From IMG/VR virus record IMGVR_UViG_3300036790_000425, positions 98,436 to 162,435 of that record: 64,000 bases of DNA. One strand, given 5' to 3'. Each line of letters starts with the position of its first letter. Position 1 is the stretch's first letter. Position numbers and translations under genes: made by a program. The notes beneath the pieces are model-generated. The model did no database searches and was not told the origin of the DNA. It saw only the letters and a list, made by a program, of their open reading frames with translations. This document shows positions 1 through 10,097 of this stretch, in pieces. This DNA is from a virus.

Positions 1-1847
1 GCCTGCTGAGCGGTCGGCTGAGCGGCCGACGGCATGAAGGCCGCGGTGACTCCCTGCACCCTCGCGTACTCATACGGCTCGGCCTGGAGGCTGGTGAACT
101 CGAACTTCCAGGCCGAGGCCAGCACCGGGTCGAACTCCACATAGCCGCGGGCCAGCCGGTAGTCGCGCTGCACCGGGATCCAGGAGCAGGCCGCGTAGGC
201 CTGGCCCAGGCCGCCGACGAACCCCCACGGGCAGGTGCCGCCCAGCAGGTACTGCGGGCTGAACCGGATCACCGCGTTGTCGGTGGTGGCGCTCTCGGCG
301 GCCAGCGGGGGGTACACGTAGCCGGTGGCGTCCGCGGCGAAGGCCGCGAAGTCGTCCGGGATCTGCGCCGGGGTACCGGTGGTCGCGGAGATGACCTGCT
401 GCTTCAGCACGAAGGCGGTCAGCGTGTAATTGCCCGCCAGGACCTGGCCGGCAGGGTCCTGGCCCAGCAGGCCGCCGAAGCGGAACTCCGGCGCCGGGGG
501 CACCTCGCCCTGTGCCGGGGCCAGGTACATGGTGGCCTGCGGGGACCAGGCGAAGAAGCTGGCGCCGTCATAGCCGGCCACGAACTGGATCCGGTCCCCG
601 GCCGCGAAATCGAACGCCCAGCTGCCCAGCACCGCGCCGGACGGGGCGTTCGAGGGGCCGCCGGCGGGATCGGCGGCCGGGATGGTGACCTGCCAGGTGC
701 CGGACACGTAGGCGAGCTGGAGTACCCCGGCGTCGGCCACCACGTAAGTGCCGTCATCACCGGATCCGAAGCCGGGCATGATCTCGATGCCGGCCCACCA
801 CGGCTCGCCCGCGGAGGTGCCCGCGCTCTGGTTGGCCAGGGTCAGCCAGCCGGGCTGGTCGGTGAAGACGATGCCCGAGGCGCTGATCGCGGGGAACGTA
901 GTGCCGTCGGCCACGATCAGCTCGGGCAGCAGCGGGTCATCCAGGCCGGCGAAGGACGCCCCGGCGGGCGGCGGCAGCGGAGCGTAGTAGAGGCTGAACC
1001 GGACGCCGCTGGTCACCGGGTTGACGTAGAACCGGTCGATCAGCTGAGCGTTCCCGGCCGGATCCCGGCCGTCCAGGTAGAGATTCACCACGGCATCGGT
1101 GTGGGGCTGCGGGGCGCACCGCCAGACCTCGCCCCGCAGCAGGTCGCAGGCCCGGTTCTCGCGCAGCGCCACCTGGACGGGACTGCCGTTGATGTCCACC
1201 GTGGTGGTGAAGGGCTGGCGCTGGCTGAGGGTGACGGGGTCGCGCGGGGTAGCCGGGACGTCGGAGGACGACAGCATCCGCGAGCCGAAGTCCAGGTTGC
1301 GGACCCCCAGCGGGTACGGGGTGAACTTCTTCTGCGGGCTGACCGGGAACTTCTGGCTGCCGGTGGTCCGGGCCAGCCGCTTCAGCCGCAGCAGCAGCCG
1401 GGTGGTGGTGACCGGGACCACGGACTCATCATGATGCGCCCAGTGGCCGGCGCCATAGTGCCACGGATTGAGCCCGACCGAGCGGGCGGCCGGGTTGTCC
1501 ACCACCGACGGGACCGATCCGGTGGTGATCACCCGGAAGGGCGTGCCCGGGTTGGCCATCAGCGGCGACCAGGCAGCGCCGGTCCACCAGTAGGCCTGGA
1601 GGGTGTGCGGGAAGTGCGCCACGTCGAAGGAGATGTAGTTGATCAGCCGGGCCTGGCCGAGGGTGACCGTCAGCTGCTCGGCATGCGGGTCCCCGGCCTC
1701 CCGGGCGGGGGAGGACCAGAAGTCCGAGGCGCTGATCTTGGGAATCGGCGTCGGGATGATCTTCTCGGCGGGAATGCCGTCCACGTAGAGCGGGGCCACC
1801 GAGGGGATGGCAAAGGCACCCGGGAGCCGGACGGCCGGGGTGGTCAT
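1..1847 (-). CDS. Large minor tail/baseplate protein, 5' part (runs off window)
   Basis: ATG at 1847 overlaps the stop of 1844..3214 (ATGA). Reads MTTPAVRLPGAFAIPSVAPLYVDG...EQLTVTLGQARLINYISFD; lies at the end of the baseplate operon. Not in the ORF track because no stop falls within the window. Confidence 0.7.
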   Translation of the reverse strand, partial: MTTPAVRLPGAFAIPSVAPLYVDGIPAEKIIPTPIPKISASDFWSSPAREAGDPHAEQLTVTLGQARLINYISFDVAHFPHTLQAYWWTGAAWSPLMANPGTPFRVITTGSVPSVVDNPAARSVGLNPWHYGAGHWAHHDESVVPVTTTRLLLRLKRLARTTGSQKFPVSPQKKFTPYPLGVRNLDFGSRMLSSSDVPATPRDPVTLSQRQPFTTTVDINGSPVQVALRENRACDLLRGEVWRCAPQPHTDAVVNLYLDGRDPAGNAQLIDRFYVNPVTSGVRFSLYYAPLPPPAGASFAGLDDPLLPELIVADGTTFPAISASGIVFTDQPGWLTLANQSAGTSAGEPWWAGIEIMPGFGSGDDGTYVVADAGVLQLAYVSGTWQVTIPAADPAGGPSNAPSGAVLGSWAFDFAAGDRIQFVAGYDGASFFAWSPQATMYLAPAQGEVPPAPEFRFGGLLGQDPAGQVLAGNYTLTAFVLKQQVISATTGTPAQIPDDFAAFAADATGYVYPPLAAESATTDNAVIRFSPQYLLGGTCPWGFVGGLGQAYAACSWIPVQRDYRLARGYVEFDPVLASAWKFEFTSLQAEPYEYARVQGVTAAFMPSAAQPTAQQ

Positions 1848-3214
1848 GATGCCCTCATGATCGGGACGCGCGGGCCGGAGTACGGCGCGGACTTAACCGT
1901 GACCGGCGAGCTGGTGCGGGCCGAGGCGGCCTGCGGGGGCGGCATGATCGCCTGCGGCGGCAGGTAGGTGACCTTCCGGCCGACCGGGAAGACCACCGTC
2001 TGCCAGTCGGTGCCGTCGGTCACGACGGCGGTGTTGGGATCATCCCCGGTGACCGCCCGGGCCGTCACCGTGGTCACGTTGCCCGAGTAGCTGTACTGGC
2101 TGCCCTGGCTGCGGCTGAGCGGCGGCACGGGAGTCTGGATGGTGGGCCCCGGGGTCCGGCCGCGGCGCTGGTAGGCCGCCAGGGCCATGTCGTAGGCTGC
2201 GTCGTCCGAGGGCGGGGTGACCAGCTGGGTCAGCTCCCAGTACTCGCTGTCGGACCAGGCCGCCGAGACCGGCACCGGGATCACGATTCCGGGCCCCGTC
2301 ATGTCCACCGAGATGATCGAGGCGGCGGGCTTCAGCACCTCGACGACGGACAGGATGCCGTACATGTCCGAGCCCAGCTGAGCCTGGTCGGCGGCCGAGC
2401 CGGAGTAGGTCTTCCTCGGCCGGATGACCACCTCGTTCATCGCCCCGTTACCCAGCAGCCCGGAGTAAGTCACCACGCCCTCGATGCCCTGCCATGTCTC
2501 GGTAGCCGGGATCGAGTCCCAGTTGGCGTAGGTGCTCATCACCTCCGCCCAGGTGTTGAAGCCCGGCGCCGGGCTCAGCGGGTCGGTGACCAGCCGCCAC
2601 ATCTCATACACCTGGCAGGGCACCCCGGTGATCGCCTCCGCCAGGGCCTGCATGCCCGGCGCGGTCGCGCCCAGGGTGATCGCCCGGGCCAGGGCGATCA
2701 CCCGCTCCCGGAAGACCGCGTCAATGGTCTCGATCTCGTCCCAGCCGTCGGGGCTGGCCAGCTCGGTATACGGGTTGACCGGGTTGCCGGTGGACGGGTT
2801 GACCGGCAGCGAGCCGGCCGGCCCGCGGGTTGCGCCGAACAGTGCTCCGTAGAAGCTGTCCAGGTCGTAGAAGTGCGTGCTGGTGACGTCCTGCTGGAGC
2901 CGGGCGATCAGCTGCCGGTTCCGCAGCTGCCCGGTGCCGGCAGCCCCCAGCAGGGCCTGCATGAAGTGCACCAGCACCGAGGTCGGCGCCAGGTCGTAGA
3001 CCGTGGGCGGGAAGTTCCTCAGCTGGTCGGTGACCGACAGCGGCGGGTTGAGCAGGTTGACGGCCGTGCTCGTGCCGGGCGGCAGCGGCGCGGTCGGGTC
3101 AGTCTGGAGACTGATGATCGAGGCTGCCTGGGTGCTCGGGTAGGCGAACAGGTCGATGCCGCCGTTGAGGATGATCCCCGAGGTCTGGCCGGGGTCAGCG
3201 AGTACCTGGGGCAT
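1844..3214 (-). CDS. Baseplate wedge-associated structural protein
   Basis: 456 aa ORF directly after baseplate J; 'FRERVIALARAITLGAT..GMQALAEAITG' resembles the gpI/P2-I-like tail formation motif. Confidence 0.65.
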   Translation of the reverse strand: MPQVLADPGQTSGIILNGGIDLFAYPSTQAASIISLQTDPTAPLPPGTSTAVNLLNPPLSVTDQLRNFPPTVYDLAPTSVLVHFMQALLGAAGTGQLRNRQLIARLQQDVTSTHFYDLDSFYGALFGATRGPAGSLPVNPSTGNPVNPYTELASPDGWDEIETIDAVFRERVIALARAITLGATAPGMQALAEAITGVPCQVYEMWRLVTDPLSPAPGFNTWAEVMSTYANWDSIPATETWQGIEGVVTYSGLLGNGAMNEVVIRPRKTYSGSAADQAQLGSDMYGILSVVEVLKPAASIISVDMTGPGIVIPVPVSAAWSDSEYWELTQLVTPPSDDAAYDMALAAYQRRGRTPGPTIQTPVPPLSRSQGSQYSYSGNVTTVTARAVTGDDPNTAVVTDGTDWQTVVFPVGRKVTYLPPQAIMPPPQAASARTSSPVTVKSAPYSGPRVPIMRAS

Positions 3215-3233
3215 CAGGCCACCTCCTCGGTGA

Positions 3234-5054
3234 TCATGCGAATGAGCCCATCGTGTTCCCGGCCTTGGCGATGATGTTGGTGTCCCCGAAGACCGGGATG
3301 GTCATGGCGCCGAACTCGATGTCCACCGGATTGCCGGCGGAGTCCACGTAGGATGTCGTGGCCACGCCATCAAAGGTCTGCTGGATGCCCACCCCGAAGT
3401 CGCTGGCGGCGGCCGGGTTGTAGCCGGGCCAGTCGCTGCCGACCAGGAACCGGGAGGCGATCACGCCCGGTGTGTTCTCCACTACCTGGAGCACGCTGGA
3501 GGGGTACAGCCGCGAGCTGAAGCCGAGCTGACTGAGGTAGGTGGCCAGCGCCGTGTTGATCGCCTGCTGGGTCACCTGCGGCGAGATCGTCGGGTCATAC
3601 ATCACGGCCAGGTTGAATCGCAGGTCCGCGGCTACGCCCTGGTGGGCCTGCACGTCAGTGCCGGCCAGCCGCCAGGACTCCAGGCTGCCCTGGATGGCGT
3701 AGGGCACGTCGTTGTAGGTGTAGTCCTCGCTGATCACCAGCGGGCTGCCCGCACCCGGGCCGAAAGCCATGTCCCACTCCAGGCCGAAGTCGGAGTAGGG
3801 GCTCCAGCCGAAGGCGCCGGTCCGGTGCACGATCTGGTAGGCGTAGGTGACCCCGCCGGTCACGGTGCCCATCGGGTTGGTCAGGCTGGCCAGCCCGTAG
3901 GTGGTGCCGCCGGCCACCAGGGTCGGGGGCACCGTGATGATCGGCCCGTAGGGCAGCGCGATGAAGGCATTGCCGGTGGCCGGGGAGCTGCCGTCGGGCC
4001 GGACGAAGTCGCCCGCGTACCAGCTCGACCCCGGGCTGGCCTGGAACAGCACCGCGTCACTGAACTTCACCGTGGCCGCCGCGTTGACCGCCCGGGTGCC
4101 CTGGCACCAGACGTCCACCCGGGCGTAAATGCCCTGGGCCGGGTTGTTCCGGCTGGCCGTGTCAAGGTACAGGAAGCTCACGTCGATGAGCTGGCCCTCG
4201 GGGAAGTAGGTCGCGTCGATGACCTGCACCTCAGGCGGATTGGCCGCGGAGTCCCAGGTGTACTGGATGCCCGGCGCCGCCACGTCGCCGTCGTCGATGT
4301 TGTTGCCGACCACCTGGCCCGAGGGGTAGGTGTACTGGGCATCGGAGACCGTGCTCGCGGCCGAGCCCGAGCTGATCTGGAGCTGCTCGCGCCGCCGGGT
4401 AGCCGAGTCCACCACGTTGGCCGAGGTGCAGTCCGGGTCGTTCAGCGCGATGCCCAGGAACATCTGGCTGGTCCCGGCCATGTTCTTGAAGACCGTGGCC
4501 TTCCAGCGGGCCTGGAGCTGGGTGTCGGTCTCCTGGTTGGCCCCGCCGCTCAGGGGGCTGACGTTGGTCACCCCGGTCACCTCGCTGACCGGGGTCATCA
4601 GCAGGGTGAGCTGGCCGCTGGCCAGGTCGCCGTCCGGTCCGGCCACCACGGCCTGGACCGGGACGGTTACCGAGAGAGCCCCGGCGTCCATGATCCCGGT
4701 GGTCACCGTCTGCACTACGACAGTCCCGTCAGCGGAGGCGACCTGGGAGTTGACCGGGATGGTCACGGTATCGCTGGCGGCCGAGCGGGTGAAGGTGACC
4801 GTGCCGCCCGCGCGGGTGGCCGGGTAGCGGGTCATCCCGAACAGCTGCACGAAGGCATCCAGGGCGGCGCCCTGCATCGAGTTGATGTCGTACTGGTAGG
4901 CCAGCATCTGGCTGTCCAGGCTGGCGGCCGAGATGCTGGCCGCTACCGCGTCGATGATCTTGCGGGTAACCGAGCCGGTGGTGGTATCCAGGTCGGGCTC
5001 GCTGGCCGCCAGCGCCGCCACGATCTGGCTGGAGATGTCGCTCTGGCTGGCCAC
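3234..5054 (-). CDS. Baseplate J-like protein
   Basis: G(A)ALDAFVQLFGMTRYPATRAGGTVTF...VPVQAVVAGPDG...GGANQETDTQLQAR are typical gpJ/gp47 motifs. Confidence 0.9.
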   Translation of the reverse strand: MASQSDISSQIVAALAASEPDLDTTTGSVTRKIIDAVAASISAASLDSQMLAYQYDINSMQGAALDAFVQLFGMTRYPATRAGGTVTFTRSAASDTVTIPVNSQVASADGTVVVQTVTTGIMDAGALSVTVPVQAVVAGPDGDLASGQLTLLMTPVSEVTGVTNVSPLSGGANQETDTQLQARWKATVFKNMAGTSQMFLGIALNDPDCTSANVVDSATRRREQLQISSGSAASTVSDAQYTYPSGQVVGNNIDDGDVAAPGIQYTWDSAANPPEVQVIDATYFPEGQLIDVSFLYLDTASRNNPAQGIYARVDVWCQGTRAVNAAATVKFSDAVLFQASPGSSWYAGDFVRPDGSSPATGNAFIALPYGPIITVPPTLVAGGTTYGLASLTNPMGTVTGGVTYAYQIVHRTGAFGWSPYSDFGLEWDMAFGPGAGSPLVISEDYTYNDVPYAIQGSLESWRLAGTDVQAHQGVAADLRFNLAVMYDPTISPQVTQQAINTALATYLSQLGFSSRLYPSSVLQVVENTPGVIASRFLVGSDWPGYNPAAASDFGVGIQQTFDGVATTSYVDSAGNPVDIEFGAMTIPVFGDTNIIAKAGNTMGSFA

Positions 5055-5055
5055 G

Positions 5056-5493
5056 TCAGCTGCTCACCGTCCGGGTCACCGCGACCTGCTGGCCGCCCTG
5101 CGTGGTCAGGATGACCGACACCTGGACGGTGTCCGGGCGCTGGCTCACCGCGGCGCTGACCGAGTCCACCGAGCCGATCACGTCATCAGTGCCGAGCTGG
5201 CTGCGGGTGCCCGCCAGGGCCGCCGCGGTGATCTGCTGCTGCTGGGCTGCCACCAGCTGGGCCAGCACGCGCGAGACCTCCGAGCTGATCAGGGCCGGGG
5301 TCGAGTCGGCGCTCACCGGCATGCCGAGATAGCTCAGCAGTGCCGACCCCCAGTCCGGGTGATAGGGGTCGAAGCCGTAGGGCTCGGCCAGCACAGTCGC
5401 CACGCGCTGCCGGATGTAGTCGGTCCCGGTGACGGTGGCGAATCCGCGGCCGGCCGGGAGGAGATCTCCCCCGGTCAGCTGCAAGTCCTTCAT
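5056..5493 (-). CDS. Baseplate wedge gp25/gpW-like protein
   Basis: Start moved to MKDLQL (GGAGG RBS upstream); 'EPYGFDPYHPDWGSAL' gp25-like motif; precedes baseplate J. Confidence 0.8.
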   Translation of the reverse strand: MKDLQLTGGDLLPAGRGFATVTGTDYIRQRVATVLAEPYGFDPYHPDWGSALLSYLGMPVSADSTPALISSEVSRVLAQLVAAQQQQITAAALAGTRSQLGTDDVIGSVDSVSAAVSQRPDTVQVSVILTTQGGQQVAVTRTVSS

Positions 5494-5525
5494 CGGCCCT
5501 CCTCCCTTCTTCCGGGGCGGCCGAC

Positions 5526-8500
5526 TCAGGGCGTCGTGTAGTTGATCGTGAGGTAGGGCCCCTGGCCGCTGCCGGTGCCTGCGAACGAGCACTGCGCCGA
5601 TCCGGGCTCGCCCTCGCCGCCGATCACCAGGGCGACGGCCGCCCCCGACTGGAAGGCCGTGGCCACCGAGTTGGGCAGCGTGATCGTCTTGGTCTGCCCG
5701 GCGCCGATCGTGAAGGTGCCGACGTGGGTGACCCCGCTGGTCGATGAGGCCTTTTTGGCGCTCGCGCTGTAGCCGACGTACAGGGTGGCGCCGGAGCTGA
5801 ACGCCCCGCCGAAGGCCGAGACGGTGAGCTTGATCGAGTTGATCGTGGCCCCGGCCAGCACCGTGGCCAGGCTGGAGTTGGTGAAATCCAGGTAGCTGTA
5901 GCAGTTGCCCGGCGTGCCGGTCTGGACGCCGCTGCCGACCGGGACCGGGCCCTCATAGAAGACGTTGTTGTGCCGTCGCAGCGAGTTGGGGGCCGCGGCC
6001 GTGGCCTGGGCTCCGTAGTAGCTCCAGGTCGCATCCGCGAAAGTCTTGTCGGTAATGGTCTGGCCGCCGCCGGTACCCGAGGTGCCGGACCCGATGTAGA
6101 CGCCAGTGTTGGGCACTGTGTCGCCCAGGTCGTAAACGATGATCGCGTCCTGCTGGGTGAAGAAATCGCCCGTGTCAGCCGTGCCGTTGATCTGAGCAGT
6201 CGTGCTGGTGGTGGTCCCGTTGATCGTGCCGCTGACCGGCTGGAGGGTGAGCAGCATCCGCAGGGTGACCGGCGATGAGCCGGTCTGGAAGGCCCGCACG
6301 CCGCTGGGCGTGATGCTGAGGTGATTCGAGAACGCGGTATCCGTGTAGAACACCATGAAATTGTCAGAGGACGTCGTCGGAGTCGAGCCGTCGTCAGTGG
6401 CGCGAATCCGGAGCTGCGCGCGGCCGGGATTCGACAGCACGACCAGGAAGCTCGACAGCATGATCATGTAGCAGCGGTCGGGCAGGAGGTCTACGTCCAG
6501 TTCCAGGATCGCCGTCTCGGTCCCGGCCGTGATTGGCGTGGCCGGGGCAGGCAGGTGACCGTCCAGCGACCCGATCGCGATGATGCCCTGGGCCAGTCCG
6601 GGCAGGATCTCGTCCTCGAAGGACTGCCCGGCGATCAGGATGTCCTCTGCCGCCGCGATCACCTGGCCGGCGACGTTGCCGCTGGAGTCGATGGTGGCCA
6701 GGGCCTGCCCGTAGGGCGAGATGACCTGGAAGATGTTCTCCTGGAGCGGCAGCCCGATGAAGCTCGTGCCCGGCGTGTAGATGTTCCCGAACTCATCCAT
6801 CCCGCCGGCGGCGGAGTTGGAGTAGACCAGGCCGCCCGGGGCGACCACGGTGTCCGCGTTCATGATCAGGCCGGACGTGGTCGTGGTGCTGGAGACCACC
6901 ACGGCGGCCTGGGTGGCGCCGACCGGGGCGATCGCGCCGGTCACGGTGAAGATCTGCTCTGCCCCGGCGGCGATCGCCGTGGCGCCCTGGTCGCAGACCG
7001 TGGAGGACAGCAGCGTGCCGGATGAGTTGTACCAGGCCAGCGCGATCTGCGCGGTCAGCGCCGACGGGGCCTGGACGGTAGCCGACATGGTCAGCGGGGA
7101 CCCGGCGGTGACCGGGAACTTGGGCGAGGTGGTGCCCCACGGCTGGGTCGTGTTCGAGTGCGTCACGCCCAGGCTGAAGCTGCCGGTGGAGGACCAGGAC
7201 GCGGTACCCATCAGGGTGGCGTTCTGCGCCGTCCAGGCGGGCACCCCGACCCCGGGGCCCGTGAAGCCGATCATCACCGCTGACCAGGTGCAGGACGCCC
7301 CGAATGCCCCCGATCCGGTCAGCGAGGCCAGCGCCTGCGCCGAGCCGATCAGCACCGAGGTGTACTGGTTACTGCCGCTGTGCACCTGGCTCAGCAGCTC
7401 CCACTGAGCCGGGAACACCGGCACCCCGCCGGCCAGCCCGTTGGCCACGATCAGCACGATCAGGTCGTTGATGTTCGAGGGCACCGCGCTGACCGAGGCG
7501 GCGGCCGAGCTGCCGGAAGCCGGGATGGCGAAGTCCGTGCCGGTGATGCCGGGCATGACCAGGTGGACGATGTTCTTGCACTGGGCGTTGGTGGCCGCGA
7601 AGCCGACGGTGATGGTGTCGGTGCCGAGCACGGTCAGCGCCGTGGTGGTGGCCGCGCAGACCCAGACCTGGACTTCCTCGCCGGAGGTCTCCTGCGTCAG
7701 CAGGCTGTAGAGATTGCCCTTCGAGTCGGTGCAGGAGTTAGCGACCGTGGAGCCGGAGGCGTTGGCGATCACCTGGACGTAGGAGCCGGCCGGGACGTCC
7801 TGGGTAACCGCTGCGGCGTAGCTCGCCGCGCTGGTCGTGGAATTGACCGGGGCGGCGATCAGCTGCGGGATGCCGGGCGGCTCGAAGTCCCAGGACTGGG
7901 GGCCCTGCGGGGACTGGTAGACCAGGAAGTCGCCTGCCGGGGTGATCGCGGCCTGGAGCTGGCCGGTTGAGGAGAACCAGCTCGTGGTGCCATCCGGGCC
8001 GACCTTGAAGATCACCGTGCCGCCGGAGTCGGTGATCGTGATCGAGCCGTCCGGGTGGATGGCGGTGCGCGGGTCGGTGGTCGAGTTCTGGAGGGTGGCG
8101 CCGGTCACCACGGTGCCGTCGATGATCCCGGCCACGACGAGCCCGGCGGCCAGCTGGGCCACCGTGATAGTGCCGGAGGCGATCTGCGTGGCAGTGATCG
8201 TCCCGGCCGCGATCTGGGCTGCCGCGATGGTGCCGGCCTCGATGATCCCGCCGTCCATCGGGCTTAGCACGAGCACGGCCTGGGCCAGCAGGGTGGTGGT
8301 CGGCGGCGGGGTGCCGGACAGGCCGGCCCGGGGGATGCCGAAAGCCGCCCCCGCGGGCGCGGTCTGGATGGTGGACGTCACCGACCAGGTAGCCGGGGTG
8401 ACCGTCTGGGACGGGGCCGAGGTGGACAGGTATGACCCGGCCGAGTTGTACCAGTCGAAGCCGAGCGTGACGGCGCCCGCCGGGGTGTTGACGATGGCCG

Positions 8501-10097
8501 AGACCAGGTAGGGCTGGCCGGGGATGACTGGCACCCAGCCGCTGCCGCTGGTGCCCTCGATCGCCGGGGTTGAGCCGGTCCCTGACGGCGTCAGCTGGGC
8601 TGCCCAGGGGTAGGGCGCCCCGCTGGGCTGGACTGCTGCCAGCGTGCCCTGGAAGGCCGTCCAGCCGGTCAGGGCGCCGCCGGCGAAGTACGGGTTCAGG
8701 TTCGCGTTGCCGCCGATGGCGAGGTTCTTCGCCGTGATCGTCCCGGCGGCGATCTGGGAGGCGGTGATGGTCCCGGCAGCGATCTGCGCGGCCGTGATCG
8801 TGTTGGCAGCGATCAGCGCGGCCGTGATCGTGTTGGCAGCGATCTGGGTGGCCGTGATCGTCCCGGCGGCGATCTGCCCGGCCGTGATGGTGGCCGAGGC
8901 GATCTGGGTGGCGGTGATGGTGCCCGCGGCGATCTGGCTGGCAGTGATGGTGTTGGCCGCGATCAGCGCGGCGGTGACCGAGCCCGCCGCGATCGCCCCG
9001 GTGCCGTACTGGTAGGGATTCCAGGCCGCGCCGTCGAACTGGTTGAGCAGGAAGCCGTTGCTGGCGTCGTACCAGAGGTCCCCGGCCACCGGGGAGGCCG
9101 GCTGGACCGGTCCCACGGTGGTGGTGATGCCACCGATGTCGCGGGCGGTGAAGTCCACGTTCGAGGTGCCGATCGAGTCCGGTGCGATCGCCTGGCCGCC
9201 GAACTGGAAGGGGGCCCAGGCTGAGCCGGTCCACTGCTTCAGCTCGTACTCGCTGGTCCCGTCGAACCACAGGTCCCCGATGACCGGGTCCGCCGGCGGG
9301 GTATCGGAGATCGAGACGCCGACCGCGCCGATGTCGCTGGCGGTGAAGTTCACCTGGGTCGAGCCGATGGTGGGCGCGTCGGAGAGCTGGGCGCCTGTCA
9401 GGCTGCCCGGCTGGATGGCCCCGGCCCCGAACTGGTACGGCACCCAGGCGTTGCCGTTCCAGATGGACATCATGTTCCCGGCGTCCGGGTCGAACCAGAT
9501 GTCCCCGAAGTCCGGGTCACGCGGCTGGGTCGTGCCGGTGGTGACCTTGACCCCGCCGATGTCGGTCACGCTGAAGGCGACCTGCTGAGCGGTGATCCCG
9601 GCGTGCGCGGCAAGCTGGGCCGAGGTGATCGAGCCCGGCAGGATCTTGGGTGCGGTGACGGCCGAGTCCGCCAGCGCCGTGGTGCCCCACTGGGTACCGA
9701 TCCAGGACGATCCGCCCCACCTGAACAGCTCGTTGCCCGCGGCCGAGTTGATCCACAGCTGCCCCGGCACGGGGCTAGCCGGGGGAGCCGGGGCGACGAT
9801 GATCTCGGCCGGCCCGGAGGCTCCCGCGGAGCCGCCGACGAACTGGTCATCGCTGCTGGCGCTGATGGCGGCGAACGTCCAGGCTCCCAGCGCCTGGTCG
9901 ATCAGCCAGGACTCGCCCACCTGCGGCAGCGGCCCCTTCGAGCGCTGCACCAGCATCGGGACCCGGGTCTCGGTGTTCATCCGGTCGGTGGTGAGCGCGG
10001 TCTGGCCGTCCTCGGTGATGGAGCTGACAGTGACCAGCTTGGCCAGGAACCCGACCGAGTTGGTGGCCTTGTTGACGGCCTGCTTGGCGGCGGCCAC
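5526..10097 (-). CDS. Long tail fibre/spike protein with repeats and carbohydrate-binding-like modules
   Basis: 1523 aa; N-terminal OB-like spike segment, four 'G(D/Q)LW.D...W.G.AW' repeats, tandem 10-aa IAAGTITATQ repeats, two CBM-like beta domains. Confidence 0.75.
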   Translation of the reverse strand: MAAAKQAVNKATNSVGFLAKLVTVSSITEDGQTALTTDRMNTETRVPMLVQRSKGPLPQVGESWLIDQALGAWTFAAISASSDDQFVGGSAGASGPAEIIVAPAPPASPVPGQLWINSAAGNELFRWGGSSWIGTQWGTTALADSAVTAPKILPGSITSAQLAAHAGITAQQVAFSVTDIGGVKVTTGTTQPRDPDFGDIWFDPDAGNMMSIWNGNAWVPYQFGAGAIQPGSLTGAQLSDAPTIGSTQVNFTASDIGAVGVSISDTPPADPVIGDLWFDGTSEYELKQWTGSAWAPFQFGGQAIAPDSIGTSNVDFTARDIGGITTTVGPVQPASPVAGDLWYDASNGFLLNQFDGAAWNPYQYGTGAIAAGSVTAALIAANTITASQIAAGTITATQIASATITAGQIAAGTITATQIAANTITAALIAANTITAAQIAAGTITASQIAAGTITAKNLAIGGNANLNPYFAGGALTGWTAFQGTLAAVQPSGAPYPWAAQLTPSGTGSTPAIEGTSGSGWVPVIPGQPYLVSAIVNTPAGAVTLGFDWYNSAGSYLSTSAPSQTVTPATWSVTSTIQTAPAGAAFGIPRAGLSGTPPPTTTLLAQAVLVLSPMDGGIIEAGTIAAAQIAAGTITATQIASGTITVAQLAAGLVVAGIIDGTVVTGATLQNSTTDPRTAIHPDGSITITDSGGTVIFKVGPDGTTSWFSSTGQLQAAITPAGDFLVYQSPQGPQSWDFEPPGIPQLIAAPVNSTTSAASYAAAVTQDVPAGSYVQVIANASGSTVANSCTDSKGNLYSLLTQETSGEEVQVWVCAATTTALTVLGTDTITVGFAATNAQCKNIVHLVMPGITGTDFAIPASGSSAAASVSAVPSNINDLIVLIVANGLAGGVPVFPAQWELLSQVHSGSNQYTSVLIGSAQALASLTGSGAFGASCTWSAVMIGFTGPGVGVPAWTAQNATLMGTASWSSTGSFSLGVTHSNTTQPWGTTSPKFPVTAGSPLTMSATVQAPSALTAQIALAWYNSSGTLLSSTVCDQGATAIAAGAEQIFTVTGAIAPVGATQAAVVVSSTTTTSGLIMNADTVVAPGGLVYSNSAAGGMDEFGNIYTPGTSFIGLPLQENIFQVISPYGQALATIDSSGNVAGQVIAAAEDILIAGQSFEDEILPGLAQGIIAIGSLDGHLPAPATPITAGTETAILELDVDLLPDRCYMIMLSSFLVVLSNPGRAQLRIRATDDGSTPTTSSDNFMVFYTDTAFSNHLSITPSGVRAFQTGSSPVTLRMLLTLQPVSGTINGTTTSTTAQINGTADTGDFFTQQDAIIVYDLGDTVPNTGVYIGSGTSGTGGGQTITDKTFADATWSYYGAQATAAAPNSLRRHNNVFYEGPVPVGSGVQTGTPGNCYSYLDFTNSSLATVLAGATINSIKLTVSAFGGAFSSGATLYVGYSASAKKASSTSGVTHVGTFTIGAGQTKTITLPNSVATAFQSGAAVALVIGGEGEPGSAQCSFAGTGSGQGPYLTINYTTP